Positions 42,650 through 55,719 are shown, counted from the stretch's first letter. The stretch is DNA of 64,000 nucleotides from Eledone cirrhosa (GCA_964016885.1 OZ024747.1:13020001-13084000); one strand, 5' to 3'. Notes: generated from the sequence alone by a model not told the origin. Numbers and translations are program-made.

Positions 42650-43050
42650 TATCCATATGTGTTTATATTAAGAGGGAAGGCACCATATCTATATTGGTTT
42701 GTGTTCACCTTTATATTCATGGAGACAGTGACAAGGTGATAGAGAGATATTGAAAATAATCGGTGAAATAGGATACACTAGTCACACTGATAAAATGACA
42801 AGTCAGTCAATCATATTGATGGCCTCCCTACAGTCCTGGCAGACATAATAGAGAAGGCGTTTCCCTGGAGGACAGCAAGGGAGACACTCTGGAAAAGCAA
42901 TTCCAGCTTGCGGGGCTCACACCTGCAGCTCGCCAGCTCAGCGCCTATGATGGTGAGTAGAGAGGTAGCCCTAGGGCTGAGGACACCAGAAGTCTCCACA
43001 GCCAAGGGTACAACCGCAAACCTGTTGGAGAGCGACCCGTATTTGAAGAG
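42650..43050 (-). mobile_element. 3' end of a CRE-like (restriction-like endonuclease) non-LTR retrotransposon
   Basis: FKYGSLSNRFAVVPLAVETSGVLSPRA...EPR...LFQSVSLAVLQGNAFSIM resembles KY..L...F.P.AVET.G...PR...QR.S.AVQRGNA. It forms a GC-rich island. The 3'UTR boundary is uncertain. Confidence 0.75.
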
Positions 43051-43719
43051 TTTATATATTGTTACTGTAATGGTTATATATTGTTACTTTAATGGTTATA
43101 TATTGCTGATATTATAACATTCATATTTAGTTTCTGTAACGTTCATATTGTTGCTGTAATGGTGATACTTTGTTGTTATAGTGTTCATATTTCATTTATA
43201 TAAGTGTTTCTACTATTGGCACAAGGCCAGCAAGTACCTAGTACATTACTGGTACTTTATTTATATAACTGGTATTTCATTTATATAATGTTATAAACGT
43301 TTATATATTGTTGTTATAAAGTTCATATTTTGTTATAAAGTTTATATTTTGTTATAAAGTGTATATATTGTTGTTATGTTCATATAGTGTTGTTATATTC
43401 ATATAGTGTTATGTTTATATAGTGTTGTTATTAAGTTCATATTTTGTTGTTATAACGTTCATATTTTGATACTGTTTACTGATAACTTGTGTGTTACGTA
43501 AGAATAAAACTGTTGGTATCAGCAATAAAAATAGGTAAGATAAAATAGATTTGGTATTCAGAGTTGATTTCTGATAATTGTCTGACATATGTCTCTCTTT
43601 CTCTTTTTGAAATATCTTACCAATGGCAGAATCAAAGAAAAATAAGCAAGTCTACCATTGTCAACTCCCAATAGTTCATTATTTTTATAATAATAAATAT
43701 TCACATTTCTTATATATAT

Positions 43720-44050
43720 ATATATATATAAAAGTATGTATACGTACATACATATATGTATACAGACGTACAGTAGTATGTGTATATATATATAAAAGTA
43801 TGTATACGTACATACATATATGTATACAGACGTACAGTAGTATGTGTATATATATATAAGTATGTATATGTACATACATATATGTATACAGACGTACAGT
43901 AGTATGTGTATATATATATATATAAGTATGTATACGTACATACATATATGTATACAGACGTACAGTAGTATGTGTATACATATATATATAAGTATGTATA
44001 CGTACATACATATATGTATACAGACGTACAGTAGTATGTATATATATATC
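43720..44050. repeat. Five tandem 62-66-bp units
   Basis: AAGTATGTATACGTACATACATATATGTATACAGACGTACAGTAGTATGTG(TA)n starting near 43732, 43796, 43858, 43924 and 43990. Confidence 0.92.
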
Positions 44051-44454
44051 CATACATGCACACATATATATATGTACGTATTGATTCACCGAACATTTAT
44101 TATAATGCTCTGTGTGTTTGTAAACAAACATCCCGAATTAAGCCGTAGTGTCCAGCAACCATCGTTGCTCGTTTGTTCAACACTGACAAAGGAACACTGT
44201 ACAAGTTTCAAGCTTATTAGCTATCGTCAGCAACGTATACCTTCCTGCCAGATGGTTGAACGTCTGAAAGTATATACTTTCCTTATGCATATTAACGGCT
44301 GAGCAGCCTAATTTGCATATCTAGTGTTGAACAAATGAGCAACGATGGTTGCTAGACACTGTACGGCTTAATTCGGGATGTTTGTTTACAAACACACCGA
44401 GCATTATAATAAATGTTCGGTGAATCCATACGTACATATATATATGTGTGCATG

Positions 44455-44492
<38 letters not shown>

Positions 44493-44540
44493 CTACTGTA
44501 CATCTGTATACATATATGTATGTAGTACACATACTTATAT
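43986..44540. repeat. About 200-bp imperfect inverted repeat with a 138-bp spacer
   Basis: 43986-44184 matches the reverse complement of 44323-44540 with few mismatches. Confidence 0.92.
44194..44236 (-). ncRNA. Minimal type-I hammerhead ribozyme motif
   Basis: ACGUUG-CUGACGA-U[AGCU AAUA AGCU]U-GAAA-CUUG-UA/CAGUGU. Stem I is 6 bp with two G-U pairs, stem III is minimal, triplet GUA. Confidence 0.72.
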
Positions 44541-47039
44541 TTAAGTAACAGCCGTACTAAGAGTGAGAAATGAAATTTCGTTTCATTTTTTCCGTTTATA
44601 TATATATATATATATGTAATTATTAAGGCCAGCTATGGCTGATGAAAATGTTTACTCAAAAAGAAAATACAGAACAATAGGGAAAGAGAGAAGAGCTTCA
44701 AATCAAGGGCAGATAATCTGGATAGTCCATGGAAACAATTTGACTGAACAAATGCTAAATTAGTTAATTATTATGGGAGGTGGTACTAGGAAAAAATCGA
44801 TAGATTAAGAATGATTTTTGGGGGAAACATAAATCAATATTAATGAGGCCAATTCTTTAAAGGGTACTTAGAAACATTGCAAGAAAAACTCAGTATGTGT
44901 GTTAAGTGGTTTGTTATTGTGAAGATTATACAATATCCCCAATTTTTCGTCATTGCATAACCTGCTGGTCTTGAGATTTATGGTTGAGATTTTTTTAGTA
45001 TCTTCCATTTGTCTTTGAGATGCCATATTTTGTTTGCCAAATTTGTGGTTATTTTGTCATTAAGGAAGCAATTTTTATACTGGCTCTCTGACATACCAAC
45101 ATATTTCCAGGATGCATATTATCTAGCTATTTTCTATCATATCAATATTTATTTATTTTTTCTCATCCAGGCTTTCAAGAATTACAGACACTCTATTTCT
45201 TTACATAGTTCACATATCACAATTTAATATATTATAATTGTTTCTTAAAGTTACAACAAATACATCTTTACATCTAAACATTTATTTCTGCTTTCTAACT
45301 TTCAAGAAATATTTACCATCTAGCAGATGATGTCTCACAATTCCCATTAAACTCTGATATATCTAAGCCATCCTCAACAGATTGTTTTTCTTTGTGTTTA
45401 TTTTGAGAAAGACCAATTGTACCTATGACTTTCTTAAGCTTACATTAATGGGGTGATTCTGTAATGAGATATCCGATCAAAAGGCTTAAAATGTACTCTA
45501 GGATCTTTCAATCTTATTTTTCAGTTTTCCTTTACATAGAAACAATAAAACTAATCTTTTGAAGCAAGCAATAATCTTTTTAGGGTTTTCATTCACTCCA
45601 TTATCAATTCTATCACCCAGGTAACAGATATTTACTAAAGTAAGCTATTGCATTAGCTTAAATCCTTTAGGCTTGAGCAGCTCAGATTTGAAGTATTTAA
45701 GAACGTACTACACCCAATCAGCCTTCAAATATCATTGATGAGAAATTTACATAAAAGTTGGGTTTTCATTAATTCATATCATTATCATCGTTATCACCAT
45801 GGAAAAAGAAAATAGATACAAAAATGATGATCTTGATGATGATTATAATGATTACAAGATATTTCAGATTTCTGTTTTAACACGGAACCCAACTGTGTAT
45901 AATTTTACCATATTTTAATACTGCACCAAAATGCTTGTAAGCAAATATATTAATCGATTTCTTTGCAAAAGGCTTGAAGCGATGTTGTTTTTGAAATATT
46001 TATGATGCCTTAAGCTGTTGAGAAGTAATAAATTGTTAATTGGTTGACCAAACTGCCTTCTGAATATCCTGTTAGGGAATGAGAATTGCTTTATGATCAA
46101 TAGACAATGAGATTGAACTTTTGCGTTCTTGTATATTTTCACACATAGCAAGGGATTTGATAATGTATGATTTTTTTTTGCATTTAAATGTGTATGTGCA
46201 CTTTTCCATGGATGCACACACGTTTTAATATTATATCTGGTCACTAGTTATAAACATTCTTTTTAGAAATAAAATGTATGTTTATTTTAATAGACATACA
46301 CCATCACACTTACCTACCAAAACACACTCACACACACACACACACTCAATTTGCATACATATTTTCACTCATTCATATACACTTGTACACATGTTTTAAC
46401 ATTGAAATACTTGTAGTAATATGAAGCAAGCTAAGGGAAATAATACAAGTGGGCCAATAGCATGAACTTATACAAATAAGTTGTGGAATGATGTACTGAA
46501 TGATGTACACACGAGTTTTCATTTAACTGAAATTTTCCTCCAGGAGAAAAAAAAACTCAGAACCCAGCACTGATTGTAAGTGACTCCCAAAGAAAAAGGG
46601 GAAGTAATTACAAGAAATTAACAATTAATTTGTGTGTTTATGGGGGAAATCTGAAGCAAAGTTAAGGATATGTTTTGATTTGGATTGCATCAGTGAAGTA
46701 TTGAGAAGCTTGCTTGACAGGTACACTCTGTAAAGTGGTTGGTGATAATAAGGGCATCCAGCTGTGGAAAATGTTTACATTTAGTGTTTGTTTATATTTC
46801 ATAACTTAACAGTTCAACAAAAAGTGATCGATAAAATAAGTAGCAGTCTTGAAAATATAAATTACTATAGTTGTTGACATGATCAAATAAAATATCTTCT
46901 CCTCTACCATTGTACTACTAATGTACAGCCATGAAACTAATGTTATCTAAAGAATCATCTTCCATTACAATCTCATTATTGATGACTCACATACAACTGA
47001 TGAGTTATAGCTTTAGTTTATAGAATTGTTTCTGTATCT

Positions 47040-49490
47040 TCACTTACACTCGTGATCCGACACTTGCTCTCGTGATGTGACACTCACTCTCATGACGCAC
47101 ATTCCTGTGATGCTCACTTCTGTGATGCTCACTCCCATGACACTTGCTCTCGTGATGTGACACTCACTCTCATGACGCACATTCCTGTGATGCTCACTTC
47201 TGTGATGCTCACTCCCATGACACTTACTCTCATGACATGACACTTGCTCTCTCATAACACTTACTCTCATGACACTCGTTAACTCTTACCCACTTGTTAT
47301 TCACTATTATTCTCTTACTCACCCTCATGCTCCTACTTGTTCACTCTGCATCAATCTCTCATCCATTCAGTCTCTCTTTCCTCTCCCTCACCCCTCTCTC
47401 TCTCCCTCCCTCTCCACCCCTATCTCTCCCTCTCTCCACCCCCATCTCTCCCTCTCTCCCTCTCCCCCCTGTCTCCACCCCATCTCTCCCTCTCTAACTC
47501 ATCTCTCCCCCTGTCACCACCCCCATTTCTCTCTCTAACCCATCTGTCCTTCTCTCTCTCACTCTCTCATTCCCTCCCTCACTCATTCCCTCACTCCCTC
47601 ACTCCCTCATGCATTCCCTCACTCCCTCCTCCCCTCACTCCCTCACTCATTTCCTCCCCCCCATCCCCTCACTCACTCACTCACTCACTCACTCACTCAC
47701 TCACTCACTCACTCACTCACTCACTCACTCACTCACTCACTCACTCACTCACTCACTCACTCACTCACTCACTCACTCACTCACTCACTGCTTCTCTCTA
47801 TCCTCTCATTCACTCACTCACTCACTGCTTCTCTCACTCACTGCTTCTCTCACTCACTGCTTCTCTCACTCACTGCTTCTCTCACTCACTGCTTCTCTCA
47901 CTCACTGCTTCTCTCACTCACTGCTTCTCTCACTCACTGCTTCTCTCTATCCTCTCACTCACTCACTGCTTCTCTCTATCCTCTCACTCACTCACTGCTT
48001 CTCTCTATCCTCTCACTCACTCACTGCTTCTCTCTATCCTCTCACTCACTCACTGCTTCTCTCTATCCTCTCACTCACTCACTGCTTCTCTCTATCCTCT
48101 CACTCACTCACTGCTTCTCTCTATCCTCTCACTCACTCACTGCTTCTCTCTATCCTCTCACTCACTCACTGCTTCTCTCTATCCTCTCACTCACTCACTG
48201 CTTCTCTCTATCCTCTCACTCACTCTCTCACTCACTGCTTCTCTCTATCCTCTCATTCACTCTCTCACTCACTGCTTCTCTCTATCCTCTCACTCACTCA
48301 CTCACTCACTGCTTCTCTCTATCCTCTCATTCACTCACTGCTTCTCTCTATCCTCTCATTCACTCACTCACTCACTGCTTCTCTCTATTCTCTCATTCAC
48401 TCACTCACTCACTGCTTCTCTCTATCCTCTCATTCATTCACTCTCTCACTCACTGCTTCTCTCTATCCTCTCATTCACTCTCTCACTCACTGCTTCTCTC
48501 TATCCTCTCATTCACTCACTCACTCACTGCTTCTCTCTATCCTCTCATTCACTCACTCACTCACTGCTTCTCTCTATCCTCTCATTCACTCTCTCACTCA
48601 CTGCTTCTCTCTATCCTCTCATTCACTCACTCACTCACTGCTTCTCTCTATCCTCTCATTCACTCACTCACTCACTGCTTCTCTCTATCCTCTCATTCAC
48701 TCACTCACTCACTGCTTCTCTCTATCCTCTCATTCACTCACTCACTCACTGCTTCTCTCTATCCTCTCATTCACTCTCTCACTCACTGCTTCTCTCTATC
48801 CTCTCATTCACTCACTCACTCACTGCTTCTCTCTATCCTCTCATTCACTCTCTCACTCACTGCTTCTCTCTATCCTCTCATTCACTCACTCACTCACTGC
48901 TTCTCTCTATCCTCTCATTCACTCTCTCACTCACTGCTTCTCTCTATCCTCTCACTCACTCACTCTCTCATGCTTCTCTCTATCCTCTCATTCACTCTCT
49001 CACTCACTGCTTCTCTCTATCCTCTCATTCACTCACTCACTCACTGCTTCTCTCTATCCTCTCATTCACTCTCTCACTCACTGCTTCTCTCTATCCTCTC
49101 ATTCACTCTCTCACTCACTGCTTCTCTCTATCCTCTCATTCACTCTCTCACTCACTGCTTCTCTCTATCCTCTCATTCACTCTCTCACTCACTGCTTCTC
49201 TCTATCCTCTCATTCACTCACTCACTCACTGCTTCCCTCTATCCTCTCATTCACTTACTCACTCACTGCTTCTCTCTATCCTCTCATTCACTCTCTCACT
49301 CACTGCTTCTCTCTATCCTCTCACTCACTCACTCTCTCATGCTTCTCTCTATCCTCTCATTCACTCACTCACTCACTGCTTCTCTCTATCCTCTCATTCA
49401 CTCACTCACTCACTGCTTCTCTCTATCCTCTCATTCACTCACTCACTCACTGCTTCTCTCTATCCTCTCATTCACTCTCTCATTCACACA
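47040..49490. repeat. Compound pyrimidine-strand satellite: 80-bp unit x2, CT-rich tract, (CACT)n, then 16-, 29- and 37-bp units
   Basis: Periods read directly from the sequence. The + strand is very poor in G, which produces the spurious 630-775 aa ORFs. Confidence 0.95.
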
Positions 49491-50161
49491 CAACTTTGTA
49501 ACTTTTTAATCACAAACATTTTTAATGTAGTGGAAATTTCTACATATAAATCATTGCAAAGTTCTTTCGAAAAATCAAAACAGAACAAGAGGAAAATGGG
49601 GGTGGGGTGGGTGGAAGAAGAAATAAAAAAAAAAACAAAAAAAACAAACAAAGCTTTTTCATGAAGCTTCTACAATAACCAAACATGCTTAGGTTGGCAA
49701 CAACAACAATAAAAAAAAAATCAATGAAATGTTATTGATAAACCATTTAATACCTTTTTACAACTCTTTGTATTGGTTTCTCCCTCGGGGTGAAATCTCT
49801 TTACCATCTTCATCTTGTTGCTGTTTACTTAACCATCTATTACAGTTTCTTTATTTGTTTTCATTACATGGCAAATTAATTTTTTCACAATTGTTTTATT
49901 TTCCCTCCAATGAATAGCTTTCTCATTTAGAATTTTATCTTCTTTCTATGTTACTTTCGATATTACAAGGTTCATAGAAATCAATGTTTTTACTACGTTT
50001 CATAACTATAATGTGTTTTTTTTTAGTTATCTAAGTTACAATGTACATTTTTTTTTTTCTATTTTATTTAATTTTTATTTTATTTTTATTTTATTTTAGT
50101 TTGTTTTATAACAAGCAACGCTTCTCATTAGGAGTGTTTGCTAATTCTTTTGTAAAATAGA

Positions 50162-50200
<39 letters not shown>

Positions 50201-50513
50201 TGCATGCACAACCATGTACACATATGTACTCCCTCACACGTTTTTTCTGACATCTTTTCTTATAACAAAAGTGCATTTATTTTTTTCATTATTCATTTAT
50301 AATGTGCACAGATGTCTATTGGTGCCTTGGTACTCTATCAAATTAACATAAGCCAATAGGGCATGATTTGAGGGTGATTTGACTACTATTTTCAACATGT
50401 TGTGCTGCTACATAGAGGTCTTTGTCATTGGTTCATGTGTATATATATTTATTATAAGGACAGATTAAAGTTTCGCTTTAGTCTTCACATTTATCATTAC
50501 TAATATTATTATT

Positions 50514-50737
50514 AGGGTGGTGGATTGGCAGTATCAGTAGAGCATCAGACACCATGCTTTGCAGCATAGAGTTATGGCTCTTCAGGATTTGAGTTCAAAT
50601 CCCGCTGAGGTTAGCTTTGCCTTTCATCCTTACAGGGTCGATAAAATAAAGTACCAATCACGCACTGGGGCCAGTTTCATTGACTTTTCCCTCCCCCAAA
50701 ATTGCTGGCCTTGTGCCTGTATAAGAAACCATTATTA
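50514..50737 (+). mobile_element. tRNA-derived SINE, major family, long form
   Basis: As above, plus an extra ~33-bp segment before AATTGCTGGCCTTGTGCC. Head-to-tail with the next copy. Confidence 0.88.
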
Positions 50738-50745
50738 CTATATAT

Positions 50746-50937
50746 AGGGCGGTGGATTGGCAGTATCAGTAGAGGGTCAGACGCCATGCTTTCCAGCATA
50801 GTTACGTCCCTTTACGATCTGAGTTCAAATCCCGCCGAGGTTGACTTTGCCTTTCATCCTTACTGGGTCGATAAAATAAAGTACCAGTAATGCACTGGGT
50901 AATTGCTGGGTAATTGCCTAAAGTAGAAACAATTATT
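50746..50937 (+). mobile_element. tRNA-derived SINE, major family, short form
   Basis: Box A TGGCAGTATCAG, box B GAGTTCAAATCC, central GCCTTTCATCCTTAC.GGGTCGATAAAATAAAGTACC, 3' end AGAAACAATTATT. Confidence 0.9.
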
Positions 50938-50949
50938 ACTATATATATA

Positions 50950-50994
50950 ATACAAGCTGAGGATCCGCTAAGATGAAACAATTGTTCTCGGTAT
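50950..50994 (+). ncRNA. Decayed hammerhead motif
   Basis: AUACAAG-CUGAGGA-UCCGCUAAGAU-GAAA-CAAUUG-UU/CUCGGUAU. Palindromic stem III, weak stem II, imperfect stem I. Confidence 0.4.
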
Positions 50995-51022
50995 GGTGAA
51001 CTAATTGTTGTGTAACCACTTC

Positions 51023-51057
<35 letters not shown>

Positions 51058-51151
51058 TATTCAATAATCATCATTCTTCTTTTTCCTTCTTCCCTTGTTT
51101 CTCTATATTTTCTTTTTACATCCCTCCATCTCTTGTTCTCTATTCTATTCT

Positions 51152-51187
51152 CTTTCTGATGAAGGGCTAATGTTCGAAATGTCAAAG
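51152..51187 (+). ncRNA. Minimal PLE-type hammerhead motif
   Basis: CUUU-CUGAUGA-A[GGGC UAAU GUUC]-GAAA-UG-UC/AAAG. It resembles CUGANGAAGGGC....GCUCGAAACGUC minimal hammerheads, with apparent C>T decay. Confidence 0.65.
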
Positions 51188-53249
51188 TCACTTTTTTATT
51201 TCCTTTATCATTTAAGTATTATTAACCAAATAACATACATTGTACAGTGTTCTTCATGTTTGTTTTTCTACTCATTTTGTCTGCTGTTGTCTTTGAATGA
51301 TATATACACACCATATCCTTGCTTGTCATAAGAGATGACTGAAAGGTTTGGTCTTAGGAAAGGCATGTGGCTGCAAAACCTTGTCTCAAAACATCCTGTC
51401 TACCCAATGCCAACATAGAAATGTGGACATAATGATGATGATGATGATAGTTCTTATTTATAGCTTTATTAGTTTTACCCATCATGCATCTTGTGAATTT
51501 TTATTAGGAAAACTACATTATCGTTGACTACTATAAAAGTCATCAGATATATGTTACTATATTGGTTAAAGCTGCTATTTCTCATGCAGTCATTATGGTC
51601 ACTGTACATAGACAGTATTTGCACTCTATTTTATCAATAAGTGAGAAGCAGAAAGATGTCAGCAGGAAACTGATCCACTATCAATTTATTAGTGGGGAAT
51701 GTTAAATATTTTTCAAAGTAATCTTTTTCTGGTTTGTTGCCAATCACATTTGGAGATATGTAACTCAAATGTAACTAGAAGTTATATATTGTGAATTACA
51801 ACAAATTTATATATTGTCATAAATATCTTTGTTGTTGTTGCTATAATATTAGGAATGTTGATAGGGATAACAGGATATATTTTTATAAAGTAAAGTTGGC
51901 ACTAGCATGCTTGATATAGTAAGCCAAAAAATTACATAATTACATTCTTTATGAAGAGAACAATTTATTATCTAAATGACTATTTCTGAATAATTTAAAA
52001 AATAATTATTCAGTAATTAATCTGTGTTCTATAACTTTATTACCACACCAGCTTGCAGTTGATTAAACAGATAAAGGTTTAATTTGTTGTTATGAATTTC
52101 ATGTAACTTAGGCTTGGAATTTTTAATTATTTAGTAGAAAATATCTTAGAAAACAGGTTTGTTAATTTAAATTCTATTAGTGTCTTAACCAGTGGATAGA
52201 TTGTAGTACAGGATTTTAAAAAGTAGTTAAGAATACCTCTTACTAAAACTTTGCTTTCAATTTCGATTAACTTCTGAATTTCATTAATTTCAGATCTTGT
52301 ATATTTTTGTTTTATTAAAACATTTTGTTCTGTTCTCTGTGATATTCTTTTAAATTTTATGATTTGTTGTAAAAATCTTTAGTAAATGCCAAGTCTTTCT
52401 CAGATATAAGAAAAGTTTGCATTATTCCTTGCAAAAATAGAAATGAAAAGCAAAAAATAGTCCTCCACCTCCTCTCAAGAGACGTGTTGTTAGTGTACTG
52501 AAAAATTGCTTTGTGTTATTTAAATATTTGACTTTGTTTTGCGTATGTATTTGAAAAACAATTTTGTGTGCATATTTGAAAACCAATTTTGTCTACTCTA
52601 TCTCCAAATAAATCAAATTTACCAAAGTTTGGAGTTTATTTCCTTCTCACAATTGGAGTTTTCCTGTTTATCGCTGTTAAATATAATAGTCTGTTTTTGG
52701 GATGGCGGTGGTGGTGGTGGGAGGGGGGGGGGAAGTGTGTGATCATGACCAATTGAACTAGCTTTAAAAATATCATGTGTAAGTTTGTTGTTGCAGTAAA
52801 TATAAGGAATGTTATGGACAAAACTGTCCATAACTCATTAGAAATGTTTAGGTTAGTAATGAGATTGGAGAAGTATATGGTAATAATAGATAAGTATGTT
52901 GTGTTGACATCAGGGGAATTACTAGGAATGCGTTGTCCCACCAAATAAGGTGTCGATCTCTTTGTTAATATGTTATGAATTCATATATTGTCATTGGCAC
53001 TGTTTTCTATACTTGGCTAGATAGATATTGAATACTTACTCTACCTAGCTGGAAGTAGCAGAAAATGGCAGAACAGCATTATAGTAGAGGGTAGAGGACC
53101 AAATTAATTTATAATAAAAATGTGATTTGGAATTATGAAGGACTGAGATCAATTGTTCAAGTGGAATTATATGAAATTATGATTGGATTCAGTTGAAACT
53201 AGGGAATTGTTAAAAATTGCACATAAACAGATAATTCTAATATGTATAC

Positions 53250-53955
53250 ATTGGTTGTCATGGCAAAAACTATCCAGTCCACACTGTAAAGTGGTCATGT
53301 AGGTGTCACAACAAAAAGCACCCAGCCCACACTGTAAAGTGGTCATGTAGGTGTCACAACAAAAAGCACCCAGCCCACACTGTAAAGTGGTCATGTAGGT
53401 GTCACATCAAAAAACACCCAGCCCACACTGTAAAGTGGTCATGTAGGTGTCACATCAAAAAGCACCCAGCCCACACTGTAAAGTGGTCATGTAGGTGTCA
53501 CAACAAAAAGCACCCAGCCCACACTGTAAAGTGGTCATGTAGGTGTCACATCAAAAATCACCCAGCCCACACTGTAAAGTGGTCATGTAGGTGTCACAAC
53601 AAAAAGCACCCAGCCCACAGTGTAAAGTGGTCATGTAGGTGTCACAACAAAAAGCACCCAGCCCACACTGTAAAGTGGTCATGTAGGTGTCACATCAAAA
53701 AGCACCCAGCCCACACTGTAAAGTGGTCATGTAGGTGTCACAACAAAAAGCACCCAGCATACATTGTAAAGTGGTCGTGTAGGTATCACTACAAAAAGCA
53801 TCCAGCACACACTATAAATGTGTAGAAATCAAGCCCAAAACAGTTCTGTATGAGCAAAGCATGGTCACCTGATCTGGCATTTCTCCCAACAGGACAATTT
53901 GTCTAACCCATGCTAGTGTGGAAAATGGACGTTAAATGGTGATGATGTTGATGAT
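53250..53955 (+). mobile_element. RTE 3'UTR fragment with its 48-bp unit expanded to 11 tandem copies (53271-53798)
   Basis: Unit CACCCAGCCCACACTGTAAAGTGGTCATGTAGGTGTCACAACAAAAAG at exact 48-bp period, followed by the RTE terminal hairpin and GAT tail. Confidence 0.9.
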
Positions 53956-54772
53956 AGGTGATGCTGTCCTAGATATAATTAATGCTTTTGATACCAATCT
54001 GTCTGAAACTGCAGTGGTTTTTTATGATAAAAACCTTGTTTGTTTTTAAATGTTCATGTTTGAATTTAAGCATTCCATTATAATTTTATGTAAGAACCTT
54101 TGTTAATTTATATTCCAAACATCAACTTAATAATGAGAAAGTTAATTATATTACTAAGTCCTTCCAAATGTTTGATTATTTAATGATTATTTGAAAATCA
54201 TACACTTATAGTAATGAAAGGGTGAATCTGTTTTGTCAATCTCCTTCCTTCTTTTCATCATAGCCAGAACTATTTAAAAAAATTATAAATCTGATTATCA
54301 GAATTGGCCTTGAGGTAAACAACAACAACGTTTGAACTGTTTGTTACCATAGTATTTTTACTGTTATTAGTTGATTCTTTTTGTATCATATTTTGATTTT
54401 TATGATAATTTTTAAATAAAACTTTGCAAACATGGTGGTGGTGTGTTTTCAAGTGACCTTTATTTTTCTAGTGTCAATAAAATGAATAGCATCTACAAAT
54501 GGTAGATAAGCTATGGTCAAGGGGAGAATTTCCACTTTTACTCTTAACAAGAAATATAGTTTACATGACGCTGTTTATCACCTTAATTATAAAAAAAGGT
54601 GTATGGAAGTTTTGGTATGGTATTGCCAATCATAAAGGTTGTTATAAAACTAATAAAAAAACAAAAAAAAAACAAATACTAAATTTGAAACAAACTTCTG
54701 TTTTTATTATAGATATATTTTGTTTTAAATTATGTAATTCAAAATTAATCTTGCATATTTTCTTTGATGCAG

Positions 54773-55630
54773 GAAATGCTGGCAAAGCTGTAACAGAAGA
54801 AATCCGTCGAGCAATAACAAATGGAAGTGTGCCACCTCCTGATGAACTGGAAAGAGACATCAGTCATGAGAATTCTCCTATTGGAGGTTCAACACTACAT
54901 GACACAGATATAGAACGTGTTGGTTTTCCCTCTGAATCAGACAGCTTCCGGCTGTCTCGCCTCATTGGACGAGACAATGCTAGTGAAGAGAAAGGACGTG
55001 TTTGTGTTAAGCGGGTTAGTAGTCGACCGTATCGAGATTCAGACAGTGACTCAAGCTCTTCCATAGCCACCTCACCAACACTTTCTGCTGCCAAAAAATC
55101 TGGGAACATATCAACATCATCTCTGTCCACACAAGATAAGACTATTCAGGGAGATATGGGGGTTGAAGAGAAGTCTATTAATGGCCACAAAAAACTTTCT
55201 CCTGGGTCAAATTTTGCACAAGAAAAGCTAACGAGCAATAATATGGCTGGAAGCTCTAATAGTAATGAAATTGAACAAAGCAGCTTAAAATTTTCATCAT
55301 CAGGATTATCACCCCAAGCTGAATCTAAACCACGACTTTTAGACCTGGCAAAATCTAATCCATCTCCTCCCAAAAATATGTCACTATCTATTGATGGCAG
55401 TCACTCTGCACAAACTTCACAAAATAAGCCTGCCTCAATTGACAGTGGTAAACTTCCAACGTCTTTTCAAGCAGATGGTGGGTCAGAACAAGAACTGTTT
55501 CCTTTAAGTCCATCTTCTGTGTCCAGGAATATACCCTCATCAGATGGCTCAGATAATGAGCAGCCGATTGATTCCTATTTTGTCACGGATGTTGCAGCAA
55601 AAGATGACACTTCACAAATGAAGAAAACAG
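54773..55630 (+). CDS. Internal coding exon of an unidentified host gene (286 codons, Ser/Asp/Pro-rich, probably disordered)
   Basis: Open frame in non-repetitive, more GC-rich sequence. Acceptor tttctttgatgcAG ends at 54772 and donor AG|GTACGA starts at 55631. Length 858 is a multiple of 3, phase 1-1. The AT-rich ORF extension 54499-54772 looks intronic. Confidence 0.8.
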
Positions 55631-55719
55631 GTACGATTTTTTTAATTTACCTATGCTTTGCACTATTTTCATAAACCCTGCTGTTTACTGCTCCAAACTT
55701 TCAACTCTGAATCTATATA

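Noticed and set aside
47337-49664. 775-aa and 630-aa ORFs
   Set aside because: Open only because the C/T/A-rich satellite lacks stop codons in these frames. Overlapping frames are open simultaneously.
50755-50835. tRNA gene
   Set aside because: A and B boxes belong to a SINE head. No cloverleaf, and it is followed by the SINE body.
53271-53798. CRISPR array
   Set aside because: Contiguous near-identical units with no spacers, in a eukaryotic LINE context.
54499-54772. N-terminal part of the 391-aa ORF
   Set aside because: AT-rich with poly-A runs and ends at a good splice acceptor, so treated as intron.
54839-54865. CTGATGAACTGGAAAG inside the exon
   Set aside because: No stem II is possible. 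It is coding sequence.
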